Below are positions 39,534 through 53,500 of a DNA stretch of 64,000 nucleotides, in pieces. Source of the DNA: Eledone cirrhosa (taxonomy: Eukaryota); the NCBI GenBank assembly GCA_964016885.1, contig OZ024747.1:2852001-2916000 (forward strand), in the 5' to 3' direction. Under the pieces are notes generated by a model. It searched no databases. It saw only the letters and a program-made list of their open reading frames with translations, and was not told the origin of the DNA. The position numbers were made by a program, and so were the translations under genes. How positions within the stretch are numbered: the first letter of the stretch is position 1; the number at the start of each line of letters is the position of its first letter.

Positions 39534-39664
39534 CTCAATGTATTTTGACCAATGCTTTAATGATTCTACCAATCTATTTTCCTTATAATACCAATTACAA
39601 TAAAGACAAGTTCTTTGATTTCCAAATCTCACAAAAATGTCTGCAATACCTTCAATATACTCAA
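39534..39664 (-). CDS. Candidate internal coding exon (weak resemblance to a RhoGEF DH-domain helix)
   Basis: ttttctgtgtttcatttcctgcatttttctAG|..|GTattt; 131 nt open: EYIEGIADIFVRFGNQRTCLYCNWYYKENRLVESLKHWSKYIE. Confidence 0.4.
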
Positions 39665-41318
39665 CTAGAAAAATGCAGGAAATGAAACACAGAAAAAAAT
39701 ATAAAATAAAAATCTATATTGCAGTTACATTGATAAGTAAAATGTAGACAAAATAAATAAAAAAGAACTTTATCTCAAATAAAAAAGGCACAGAATACTA
39801 AACAGCTTGAACAACAGAAACCTGCAACAACAAAACTATTTACAAATGTTACATCAATTTCAAACAGTCTTTAAGTGGAGGAACTATTTACTTCATGATA
39901 CATATTCCATATACAAACTCCAAAAATATTTATGCTCAGGGACAGATATAATGTGGGGCAGTGGGGGCCCCATTAGCAATGAGTGTAGTAATTCATTTGT
40001 GCCCCCAGCTGGGCATTTTAGGTTTAGGATGATTAGAATTTTTAAATTTAATACCTGTATTTTCAATTTCAATTACTTGTGCCAAGCTAACTTTAATATG
40101 TAAAATTGGGCTGTTTGTGTCTAATATTTTGTGTATGAGGGGGTCCCCCACACCCTAACCTGAAGTGCCCTGGTCCCCTGCTCTTGACACCATGCTAGCA
40201 TGGAGAATGGACGTTAAATGGGGATGATGAGGATGATGACTGAAGCTAACCTATTGCAAAGATTAAAAATCTTACATTTGAGCCCTTTATTTCCATACCT
40301 CTGTTGAATCTACACCTTTGCATGGACTTCTCCTTTCTAACAGATATTTTAATTTAACATTAACCACTTTAAACTCACCAAATTGACCTGATTCACTTAG
40401 TGTAGCAGGTGAGAAAGATGTCATGCTTATAGGCCCTACTTTACAGATGAAGAAATCAAAAACAACAGAGCATCTTTTATTCAATGGACATCTATACTGA
40501 TAGTTTAAAATGCTAATAGAATCTGAATAATCTATTACGAAAGTCCTTAGAATTTCTTTTGTTTTATTCATCCTGGCCAAATTATCAAACTAAAGTAAAA
40601 CAATATATATATTAAATGAAAATGTCTTTGGATTTTGTAAAAAGCCCACTTTATCAATCTAAATCAATTTAAACTAATTTGGCCTTTTCCAAAGCTTCTC
40701 TGGAATGTCAGAAGAAATTGTAAACTTTTCCATTCGATTTATTTGTCGATGCAAACAAATGGATAACTTAGTATAGAAACCTAACTATTGTTAGTCAGTA
40801 AAACGAGTTGGATTTGATAGTTAAATTAATAAATGGGAGTTTTAAATTAAAGTTTTCTCTTGAAAAGTTCTAATTTATTAATTCAGATAATTTCCTTATT
40901 TAATATATATATATATATATATATATGGCGGGGGGGGGGGAGGGGTATTAGAAGTAAAATGCATTACAAGATTTGTTCTTCTAGAAGATTGTGTTTTATT
41001 GTCAAGTCAAATCATTTCAATTTACATTATTATTTTATTTTATATTAATTTAATGATTTAACATCATTTTTATGATAATGGTAATATGACTTTTGTGATT
41101 CTGTTAATACAGATATATATACAGAAATGTCTGGAGCTAGTTGACAACTTCACAACGATATATGACCTGACTTATGACATATCCATATAGTGCTCGACTT
41201 ATCTATCACCTAAATAAGCTGTAGCATAGGGCTACACACTCTTAAGGACCTCATTTAAAATATATATATTTTTTTTCTATCATTTAATATATATATATAT
41301 ATGTGCATATATATATTT

Positions 41319-41828
41319 GTAGTAAGGTTGCTTGGATGCGTCCATAGGTGTATCTGAGGAACTTGCAAATCCAGAGTCAGGTTTGATCCACAAACAGATC
41401 GCACCTCTAGCTGTCCGCCGGAGAAACATTTGTAATACGTAATAAATTGTGTTCCGATGCATCACTGATTCTTCGTTTTCCATTTTATATCTATATATAT
41501 AGTTGTGTATAATGGTAGCTATGGTGCTTCCATAGGCGGTATGCCAAAATTAGCACTCGATATTCAGCAGAGTAGAGTGTAGATAGTATAAAGAAAACAA
41601 AAAATCAGTGATGCATCTGGACTTAATTTATTGCGTGTTACAATTGTTTTTTTTATGATAACACCCCAGTGATAAAATTTGCTCCAGACGAAACACCCCT
41701 ATCTGAAAGAACCAGCAGAAGTAGAATCAGCCAGATCCATACAAGGACCATATCTCGAGCTACCTGCCGGCGAAACAATTGTAACATGCAATAAATTAAG
41801 ATGCATCACTGATTTTTCGTTTTCTTTA

Positions 41829-41835
<7 letters not shown>
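41319..41835. mobile_element. Cluster of three copies of the long-stem-II HHR element (41319-41490 +, 41501-41650 -, 41700-41835 +)
   Basis: TGTAT-CTGAGGA-...-GAAA-CATTTG-TA-ATACG at 41349-41429; shared tail GATGCATCACTGATTTTTCGTTTTC; flanked by (TA)n. Confidence 0.72.
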
Positions 41836-41879
<44 letters not shown>

Positions 41880-42679
41880 AACTGTTGTTTGTCAATTATA
41901 TATCAACTACCTTATCAAGCTTCCCTAGAAACCAGAATTATGGAATGCTGTCATCGTTCCATTGTAATCACAATATTCATACATCCACTAATTCAAAATG
42001 AAATCAGAATTTCATTTGTATGTGTGTGTGTGTGCATATGATGTGTATATGTGTAGGTGTGGGTGTCAAATTGCAGATTATGCAGATATATATATGTTTA
42101 TATAAATGTTATCATTGTGTGTACATTTTGTGCATATAAAACATATGATTAGCAGAAATATTTTAATGTTAGATGTATTTCCTTAAGAAATCTAAGCAGA
42201 AATGCAAATGAATTCTAGAGACAAGAAGTAAATTTTCAAAAGACATCTTAAGTTGAAAATAGCAAAATATATCTCGAAGTTATAATGTATATTTTAAGAT
42301 TTTACAACAAACTAAATTTCATTAAAACAAACAATTTTCTCTAATAAAAAGCATACCTAAATTTGAGCAATACTTGGTTGTACATTGATGGCCAAAGTAA
42401 CTCAAAATAGGAAATGATAATTGACACAGTTTGAAGTAAATGATTGGAATAATGTCATAAGAGTCATTTAATAGCCACAATAAATTAGATTTGTTTAGTT
42501 TGAAGTTAAGGTTGTTTGATTAAGAGATTTGTTTTTACAATCACATGGTCTTTGGTTTTAGATATTATGTCACATCTTGGGTAAATGAACTCTGCCTGCA
42601 CCTCAAATGGACCAATACCTTTTCTGTGAATTTAGTAGATAGAAACTACACCAAGCCCTCTGTGTGTGCATGTATAGGG

Positions 42680-42722
<43 letters not shown>

Positions 42723-42866
42723 ATCCACACTGTAAATGTGGCTGGCATTAGGAAAGGCATCCAGCCATGAAAACTAAGCCAGAAACAGTTCTGTATAGAC
42801 AAGACAGTCATATGATCTGACTTGTCTCACAATGAGACAACCTGTCTAACCCAAGGACGTAAAACC

Positions 42867-42927
<61 letters not shown>

Positions 42928-43989
42928 ACCATCATCATCCTTTTATATCTGCTCTCCACGCTGGTGTGTGTTGGACAGGTTGTCACAGTTTGTGACTAGA
43001 TAGGTAAGAGAGACATCTTGTTCACATCTTCCATATTTGGCTTGGTTACTCTGGCTAGATGCCCTTCAAAACAGCAATGATTTTACAGAGTGTGCTGGGT
43101 ATATGTTATTGTTGAGTTTAATTCAATGCCAATACATTTAGAACAACAAATAAACTGGTTATTATATCAGACAATAAGCAGATGTCCAGGAGTGTAGATT
43201 TTGTGATTGGTCTGTGAAATAAATTATGTAATACACCAAAGAACACACGAATTAATGTTTAGCTCCAGGTTAGCCATGATGGAGCAGACTTAAAGACAAG
43301 AATTAATGAATTTTGCATAAGAATATATTTCTAGCCTTAATCTAAAACAACTTCGTGACCATAAACTCTGGAGGGAATAAACAGTTCCAACAACTAAAAT
43401 ATTGTGATTTCAACTTACTTGATTCTCATTCACTCAATGAGGTTTATGTTATTTTCCATATACACTTGTTGTCAAATCAAAGCCACCACCTAAGTTATTT
43501 TAGACAGATTTATAATGCAAAACAGTGATTTGATAATCTTTTAACATCTAATGAATCCAAGACATAAATAATTCCTCGCTCTAATAAACAATCACAGCAC
43601 CATCTCATGGAATCACATTTCTATATGTGTTAGCTTTAAATATATTACTTCAACAGTTTTAGAAATACCCTATCTTCAAAAATATTAGACACACACACAC
43701 ACTTTAATTAAATTAGCACTAAAATAACAACAGCAACAATGAAAAACAGCATATTTCTGATGAAAGAAACTACTTATGGTTTTCAATTAATTTTCAAAAT
43801 AATCAAGAATTTTGAGAGGTTTAGTAAAATTACTAACTTTCTGATAATTAAGCCGATGTAAGGAACATAACTTAATGAAGTTTCTTACATAAAATTATGA
43901 TGGAAGATTTTTAGATAAATATAAACATTTTAAAATAAGAATAGAAATAGAAGCATCACTGTAGTATTAACTACATAATATAGTCTAAT

Positions 43990-44157
43990 AATTGTTTCTA
44001 CTTTTGGGACAAGGCCAGCAATTATCCAGTGTATTACTGGTACTTTATTTTATCGACCCCCGTAAGGATGAAAGGCAAAGTTGAACTCAGAATGGAAAGG
44101 GCAGTAACTCTATGTGTCAAAGCATGACGTCCGACCCTCTACCGATACTGCCAATCC
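43990..44157 (-). mobile_element. SINE family A with TSD AGTCTAATAAT
   Basis: TSD at 43982-43992 and 44158-44168. Confidence 0.88.
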
Positions 44158-44220
44158 AGTCTAATAATGGGACGCATAAACCCACTGGGAAAAGATGGGT
44201 GTTATGTGTACTGATATTAT

Positions 44221-44415
44221 GGGCGGTGGATTGGCAGTATCGGTAGAGGGTTGGATGCCATGTTTTGCAGCATAGAGTTATGCCCCTTTATGGTTTGAGT
44301 TCAAATCCCGCCGAGGTTAACTTTGCCTTTCATCCTTATGAGGTCGATAAAATAAAGTACCAGTAATGCACGGGGATAATTGCTGGCTTTGTGCCAAAAG
44401 TATAAACAAATATTA
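44221..44415 (+). mobile_element. SINE family A, full length
   Basis: GGGCGGTGGATTGGCAGTATCGG head, B box, central domain, AT-rich tail. Confidence 0.9.
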
Positions 44416-44920
44416 TGTAGTCAATGCTACGGTGATGTTTCTGTTTCTATTTCAATTCTAAAATTTTGCTCACTACATTACAAACATATTTCTTTTACTT
44501 TAAAATTATTAATTTGATATCATTGAACCAAGGCCAACTTCAGGTGGATTAGTGTCAAATGACCTAAATAGAGATATTAGTGTTGTTGTAACTAAATATC
44601 AGAAAAGAACCTTGTGTGTTCATACTGAAAAGGTTTATTTGATATTTCTTCTGCCCTTTCACATTCTGAGTTCACATCATGCTGGAGCTTACTTGTTTAG
44701 TTCAACAGTACTATCTGGGCCCTTAGGACCTTTAACAGAGTTTAATCTGTTGCAATTATTTTGATTATTTCCAGATTAAAAATAACATCCTTAGCCCTCC
44801 TGTCATTCTCAGAATGCCCGAAAAAAAGCTATGAATCCTGTCATTTACTCCATGACTAAACAGTAAAACAAAATATGAAGAATAGAGAACTGGATAAAAC
44901 TAGTCATAATTTTATTGTTA

Positions 44921-44991
<71 letters not shown>

Positions 44992-47900
44992 TCTCTATTA
45001 TTAGAATCCAATTCCATAGATAGACTTATTCAACACAAAAACACAAAGACTTAAGATTTCAAAGCAATAATGTTTCAGAAATATGAAACCATCTTTTAAG
45101 TTATAAACTTACATGTTTAGCAGAATTGTCAGTTAAGTTGGTCATGTGTCATTGTTGATGTGTAATTGAAGTCGGGAAAGCGATTTCCCCAAAGAATTTG
45201 TATCATATAAATAAAGACCAAAAAGGAAACAAAACTACCTTTGATATATTTATTTATAAACATGAAATACTATGAAATGTTAACATTATGGTTGTCATGG
45301 AATACTACAAAACCATGTTATATTAAAGTTCACAGAAATGGAAGTATTTTCTTTAGAATGTATATATTTAGGTGTTGTCATAGGAGTAAAAAGTGATATA
45401 TCATACAAACTCTTTCCAGAGAGACACAGACTAAAATGTGTGAGTGCTGAGAATTCAAGAGAGTAAAGATATAATCTTGTTGGCTGGCCAGCAGTTGACC
45501 AAAATGGCCAGCCAATCTGCTGCTATCAAATTAAGAGAGAGACAGCTCTAAGTACTGTATTTTATATGAGAAAAGTGACGTTATGCTTTTCCTGGCCACT
45601 TGCTGGAAACCACAGATATTAATATCCCAACTGTTAATGATATATAAATACATGATAGTTTCTTAAACTACCAATAACAAAGCACAATTTTACTACACGT
45701 GTTTTTGAAATTTGCTTGTTTTTTCTTCCTAAACAAAAAGATTTAACAATATTATTTTCCAAAATAAAGAAAACTTACATTACTATATTATTAAAATAAA
45801 TAAATATATTTCTTGGCTGAACTTAGACATTAAAATGTTCACAAAATAAGATGTCAGTCATTTATTGAGTAGTTAGTATCAAAACTAATAAAACAAATCT
45901 GGGTAGAATATCCAAACTTTAAAATTAATAGAGGAAACTTAAAGCTCAGAAATATCTATAAAATTTATATTATATGCTGATAGTATTCTTATTGAATATT
46001 GTGTTGATAGCAAACTATTGTTAATGACATTGGAAGTGAAATCTTAAGGCCTATATTTCACACAGATACATTTTGCATTTAGTTTAATTACATGAAAATA
46101 TTAAATAATATTTTCAATACCCATATTTGATCACATTAAGATCTCCAATAATAATAATAATGATAATGATGGTAGTATTGATTGGTTTTATCTCTTGGTT
46201 TATTGCCAGTTTTATTTATTTATTTTTTTGTCTGTTGATTTGTTTTTGTTTAGTTTTTTTTATGAGCCTTCACTTTCTAAGATTCTGTTTTGGCTTGATA
46301 TATGATAACTAAATGTTTAATTTTCTAATACAAAAAAAAGAAAGAAAGAGAGAAAGAAAATAAAAACAAACAAAAAGAAAAGAAGAAAAGAAAAGAAAAA
46401 CAACAAAATACAATATTGGCTGCAAAACTAGTAAACATTTATAACATATACCATAAGCTGAGCGATGCCAATAAATTGGTGTCTATATATTTTTTATGTT
46501 CACTTTCTTGCCAATTTCATCTATTCTCTAACAGAAGAGTTACTGCATCAAATAGTATACTAAATAATTTAAAGCAAATCTCATATGTCAAACTTCAGAC
46601 ATTTTATAGACATCTTTTACAAGCCAATTTCTAGAATCCTTTAAGAATTCATCATTTGGAACAAAATTAAAATAGGAGAAAATCTACAGTTTCAGAAATA
46701 TAGATTTCAACAGACTCATTTTAAATGGTGTACTAGATAAATATTGTTATACTATTTATTATTAATAATGGAGATTGGCTGGAATATAAATTGATAGATT
46801 TTTGGGGAGGGTATGTTTTCAGATTGTGTGTTTATAATGTTTTAATGATTTCTTACATAGGCACAAGGCTAAAATTATTCTTTTTGATGGGGGCAGTCAG
46901 TTGCATCAACCTCAGTATTAGACTAGAGCTTATTCTATTGACCCTAGAAAGACAAAAAACAAAATCAATCAAACAGAATGTGAATGTAGACTTTAGAGGG
47001 CTGTAACTAGAATGTATAGTTTAGAAACAGAGCTCATAAGTTCAAAACTTGACATTGTTGCTAATATTATTATTTATTAAGTAACACTAATTGTGTACAA
47101 CATATTTAGGTTCAGTCAAAATAAATGTTTTTTGTAGTATATAATATTCTTAAAACAATTTATATGTGAATTACAATATAAACTATGTCTTTTAACTTTG
47201 CTACATCATCCATAAATTAAAACCTTTCTCCATTTCAAACAAGAATATTCTAATCTCTGATCCCTCTACCTCTATCACATGTGTGGTCTCCAGCCCTATA
47301 AGTCCACTTGAAAATCATTTAAAAAATCATGATAGAAACCTGAAAAAAAAAAATATGAACTTAAGAAAAAATCACATCAATGCCTCAGTGAAAAGTCAGG
47401 CTAAAACAATGATGTATAATTCTGATTTCTGTAGAAAGTAGTGTAAATAATGGCTTCTAATTTAGGCACATGGCCAACAATTTGGGGGATGGGGAAGTTG
47501 ATTACATCAACCCCAGTGTGTTACTGGTACTTTATTTTATCGATCCCACAAGGATGAAAGACAAAACTAACTTTGATGGGATTTGAAATCAGAACACAAA
47601 GGGCCATAACTCTATGCCATAAAGCACGGTGTTCAAAGGTCCACTGATACTGCTAATCCACTGTCCTAAACATTGTAAATAATAAACAGAAATGTCTCTG
47701 AGACAGAACGAAATTCTGGGTGGAATAGCTAAACATTGTCAACACCTGAATTAGCTTGGTAGATTTAAATCATTAAACATGTTTATTGTACTTTTAGTTA
47801 ATTTTCAAATTATTTTATATTTATAAAATTAATTTCACTGTACCACATCAAATAGTCATAGAATGGATTTGATAAAATTATACAAATATCTTAAAATTTG

Positions 47901-48370
47901 ATTTTTCAAATCTTGGCAAAGGGCAATAACCCAGAAACAATAATTGTTTCTACTTTTGGCACAAGGCCAGCAATTATCCCAGTGCATTACTGGTACTTTA
48001 TTTTATCGACCCCGTAAGGATGAACGGCAAAGTTAACCTCGGCGGGATTTGAACTCAGAATGGCAAGGGCCGTAACTCTATGCGTCAAAGCATATCTACT
48101 GATACTGATACTGCCAACCAATAATGGTTGTTTCTCTCTATCACTGCTAGGACAAACGGGTGGCAGTGGTCATCTAAAACAGTATAATGAGGCTATTTGC
48201 TTACAAACGAATCGAATATTATTATTATTCGATATAACCCATGTATACAAAAATCTATTTTTCTAATTTATGATTTTCAAAGTGTATTTTAGAAAATTAT
48301 ATTTCTCTACTTCATCTGTTATATAACAAATTTTCTCTCACCTTTATTTTGTTTGATTACGAGTCTTTAG

Positions 48371-48521
48371 GAGGCTGCAGTGACATCTGGTGTTAGTAAA
48401 GAACATGAACTCATGCTTATACCTACTGACCATTTCAATAAAATATCAACTATGTCTTCTGATAGTGACAGTGGACATGGCTGGAGTGAGAGAAATACAG
48501 TACATTATGAAACCTTACCAG
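48371..48521 (+). CDS. Probable penultimate coding exon of an unidentified host gene
   Basis: tctttAG|..|GTatgt; open frame EAAVTSGVSKEHELMLIPTDHFNKISTMSSDSDSGHGWSERNTVHYETLP; ends in phase 1. Confidence 0.6.
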
Positions 48522-50263
48522 GTATGTACATCATAAAAGAACAGTTAATGTAATGTAATAGCCATCAAGGCTAACAATCTTACTTTTTTTTATCTTATAC
48601 CTCCCTTTCAATTGTATCTATAAATTTATTATCAAATAACTAGAGAATAACTAGAGAATAATTTTCATGAGTTGAAACTTCGAAAACAATTTATGATTTT
48701 TTAAATATAAAATACATTGTTCAAAATCTAGTATATGGTTTACTAATTCATTTTACTTTTAAAATAAAGTTAATAACATTAACAATACGTAGATTTTCAG
48801 CAACTATTCTGGATCAACTATTTTTCTTTATTCAGTCATATGACTGTGACCATACTAGGGAACCACCTCTAATCCTAATAAAATTACTTTTCAAAGACAT
48901 TCTTTGTTGATCATTTGTGTCACCATTTTGAAAGCTATAAAGTGGAAAACTGAATCTTAAAAAAAAATGGATGCCACTTCAAATAAATATAACATACTAA
49001 TTAGCATATGTGGCCTTGATAAACTATAAGTACTTAGATTCTAGCTTCCTTCAAGGCCAAATTAATGGGAAATTGTTCACCTCTTTTTTTCTGAATATTT
49101 TGTTAAAATATCAATATTAAGTTGTAGCTTATTGTCTTAATGCAAGTGTCTATATTCCTCCATATAAATCTTGTTGCACTATTTCAAAGATAGTTGCAAA
49201 TAGTTATTACTGGAGAATTTTTTATTAATTTTTTCTTTTTTCAACTAGTTTGTTCTATGTTTGTCAAGGAGGAGTATTAGGATTAAACTCTCAAACCTTT
49301 ATTTCATACAAGATTTTAGCATTGTTTTCTAACTTTGCCACAAATATGAAGAACAAATTTAAATGCATTTTCACTAGTGAGAGAGATATGCTGAATTAAA
49401 AAAAAGGTTTATCCAATGTGTTCTCAGTGTCAACCCTGAGCTCTATCCTACTTAATATGGTTAATAATCTTAACATAGCTTAATGTTAGCTAACAAGGAT
49501 TCGTTGTAAAAGGAAATTTAACATATTAGTAAAAATGATAAACAAGTGTAGTATTTGTGCAGAGAAGTCATGATTCATAAGTTCAAATGAACACTTATAT
49601 ATCTATTTGGTCACGTGTTTGACGTACTAATGTTAGAATTGTTATTAAAATAGATGAAGTCAAGAATCCCAAATCTATTAATAACTCATCTAAACTAATG
49701 AAATAAGATTTCTGTATCCATGTCAAGACAAATGATATTTACAGAATGTTTCTAAATGATCTTCACAATATGTCTGACACACAATAGCTCTAGTGAAGGA
49801 AAATATTTAAATTGCCAAAGAAAGACTAAGTTTAATCATATTAAATAATATAAAAACTTGTGGAAAATAATTTGAAATATTTCCAATAAAAAAAAAACTT
49901 TTTTATCGTGTGAAGTTGTGAAAATATAATTATCAAATATTTATGTTTAATGCAACACATTTAAAATAAAGATAAAATATAATTTTACAATTAGAATTCC
50001 ACATTATTCCTCACAGGAAATTCTAAAATAATAGAAGTTAAATCATGAATAAAAATTAAGAATTTACACAATCTACAGGAATATACATGAACTATTTTCA
50101 TGTAAAGCTATGTTATTCTAGGTAGTATAAATATATAGAGTAAGAATTTTTTGGGAGGAGGGATATACCCCAAAAGTAGTGAAATTTAGTCCAAAATCAA
50201 TGTTAACAAAGCTTAATCTTAGCTCACGATGAACCTTTTGTTTTCTTTGTTTACTTTTACGAG

Positions 50264-50529
50264 GTTTCAAGCATTGTCAAGAGGATCAACAACAACACAA
50301 AAATAGGAGTTCTTTACCATGGACAACACACAAACCCAAGGATATTTCTACAAAATCTTCGTGTCAAGCAATTATTGATCAAAAAATTGTCTGCAATGAT
50401 GTTATTGACCTTAAATCCTTAAGAATAAAAACTGCTAATCTCCCAGAACCTTGGAATTTACCAATAAAAAATAGTTTCTCTTCATACCCCAAACCCCTTC
50501 CAGCTGTACCTAAAGTACCAAAACCATAA
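50264..50529 (+). CDS. Probable terminal coding exon of the same gene
   Basis: Long polypyrimidine tract then gAG. The phase-1 join gives 88 open codons GFKHCQEDQQQHKNRSSLPW...YPKPLPAVPKVPKP*. AATAAA at ~50840 and ~51309. Confidence 0.6.
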
Positions 50530-53500
50530 AAATAACTTCACTCTATTCAGGAAATATTTTCTAACGAGAAACATCAGTTTTACTCATAGGTTCGTTTCAA
50601 ATATAAGATGTCAGTATAATTAACTGTAAACATGTTTAACCCCCACTATAATTATTCTAATTATTGTAAATAAGCATGACTGCTATTCTACTAAAAGATA
50701 CTGCACAAATCAGAATATATTTTCTATAATGTTCTAATTATTTCTACATTATTCTTCTAGGAAAAACATTAACTTAGCTTCTGTATAATTACTGACAGTT
50801 GTATTTTGCTTCATGTTATTCGTGCTGTTTTTCTAGTTTAATAAAAACAAAACAAAAAAGTTACTTTAAAAAGAGACTTAGTTTTCGTAATTTTAAAATA
50901 TGATGCTCTATATTTTCCTAAAGTCAGCTAATTATTACAGAATTGTTCCATTAGTTTCCTATAAATGTGTTGTTTGTTTTGTTTTTGTTTAAGTTTGTTG
51001 TTATTCTTTTTTTTAAAAAAGAAACAAGAAAATAATTCCAACTGTACTACAAATTGATTGAATATTAATGTTCAAATAATTCAATATAAACAAAGTCTTT
51101 TATCTTAAACAAGTACTGTGAAGTTTTAGTGCAAAGTGGTGTGAGTACATGAGCCAAAAGCTATGTAAGATGTATAAATATTATATTCAACAAAGACTTA
51201 TTGTACATAAATCCAAAGATGTAAATAAATACATTTATCTACTATATTTTGCTATATTTGTTTTTAAGTGAAACATTATCTGGAATTGGAATATCTCTTT
51301 AATATTCCAATAAACAAATGCCAACAATTTATCAAAATTCAAAAATAAGAAACAAGCTTTTTCTTTCTAAATATATGCTGAATGAAATAGCTCACTCCAG
51401 TACATTTAAAACTTTTAAGAAACAACTTCCTTATTAAAGATGTGATTTGGTGGTAACAGCTTTGTATAAATATATGTGGCAGTAATTTGGTTTTAATTTG
51501 TTTCAGGAATCCCAGGGGATTTCCACATTGGTTAATCTAATAGATATAATAAAACAATAATTGACTAAATGTAGACTTTTACAAAGATCACAGCAACAGT
51601 AATTTAGAAAGATTGTTTACAAACACTTAGATCTTGATGAAACCTTTTTCTATGTGTCAGATATTTGTTACATTCATTTTGTTGCCAACTAATTATTCAC
51701 TTCAAAGCTGCTATGTGACTCCAGTTTCCAGACATTTGAAAGCTATGATATAATGAATGGCATCTTGTTGGCAATATAACAATACAAATTACACCTGCTT
51801 AACATTGATGTCAATGGCAACCATAGACAAGCAAAATACTCATCAAATGAACATAGAATACCTTAGCTAAATTCACCAACATTTGCTGGTAAGTAATATT
51901 TTTCATATATATTTTACAGTATTAAATTACTAGTCAATTAAATTATATTAGAATCTACATCTGAGTTCATACTGAATATATCATAACTGAGTGCAGATCA
52001 AATTATACATTACTATAATTTCTAATTAGTTTTGTAGTTTCTTATTTTCCTAAAGTGTGAATACGACATAGAATATATATATAATATTCATTTTATAAGA
52101 TTAAATTAAAATATGTGTAAATACTATATGGAGGATGGTTAATTTACAAAGTCTTTGATTTAGTTTTGATTCTTGGTTCTAATAATTTAATTTCTTTTTT
52201 ATTATGGATACTTTTGCATAAAACAAACTTATCCTATTTTTTACCTCTCGAAAACCATATTCTTCATGTTACTTTGGATAAAACAACAGAAGCAAATATT
52301 AAACAAAAACAAGCATTATACAATGTACTTCATTTAATTATGATTTCATACTTTGGCAAAGGACAGGCATTTGTAGGGAATAGTTAACAACTGTAGCTGC
52401 ATAGTATTTATTTCATTGACTTCTGAAGGGTTGTGAACATTTAATTTGTCTACTTCAGGACTGGAACTTAAAATGTAGAAAAATGAATCCAAATATTATA
52501 ATATATTTTTAGATCTTCTCTATTTCACTGTTCATCAAGACACATCCAAATGAGCTTCTTTTACTGTTTAGTCAAGGAAGGAAGGACAGTACACATGAAA
52601 CATTTCAAAGTCATAGTGACTGCAGAGAGGGAGAAAAGTATCATCAAACTGGAAACCTGGTTCAAATGCGATTATGTGCTGGGATGATATCAAGTGACAG
52701 ATTATGAACACAAAGATGGAACAAATACCACATGCTTCTCGTCCAGTGTTCTAACAATTCCACCTATCTACCATCCTTATATGGCACTTTATGTTATCAA
52801 CCCTGAAAGGCAAAAAGATAACCTTGGTGGGATTTAAATTCAGTTCGTAGAGAGCTGGATTAGATACAGAATATCATTTTATCCTATGTTCTAACAACAT
52901 CTTGTTATTCACTGGTTGTAGCATAAGCTAAATGGGTTGAGAAGGTTACTTTGTAATCATAAGATTCTATGTTTGATTCTATTGTGTGGCATCATAGGAA
53001 AGAGTCTTTCAGTAGAGCCTCAGACCAAACTCAGTGTTGTCGTAAGTAAAATAGAATAAATCAATAGTGTCTGGAAGGGACTGTACCTTTATTTCAAAGG
53101 GCTTCACTTGTCACACTACACTGTGACACTGAATCACCCTGTGACTTATGCTAAGATAGAATGCTCAGCCACTTGAACTTTAATTCCATGTGCAAGCTAT
53201 TCTGTTGATTGAACAATGAGAATAGTCATAGTTGAAAGCAGTGGATGTCCATTCTATGCTCTAATGACAGTGTCAATTCACCACATGTATATATACCTAA
53301 ATATATGTTTATAGATAAATACATTTATTAGATTCTAATATTCATTTCATTTCGTTTATGTTAATGTAATTGAATAAATTAACAATCTTGAAGAAAACCA
53401 GAAATAGTTGAATTATGAAGCAGAAAATTATGTTTTTATAACATTTCAGCAATATCCAGCTGATTGATCAAAATAATTTATTATTTCCTACCACCAATAA

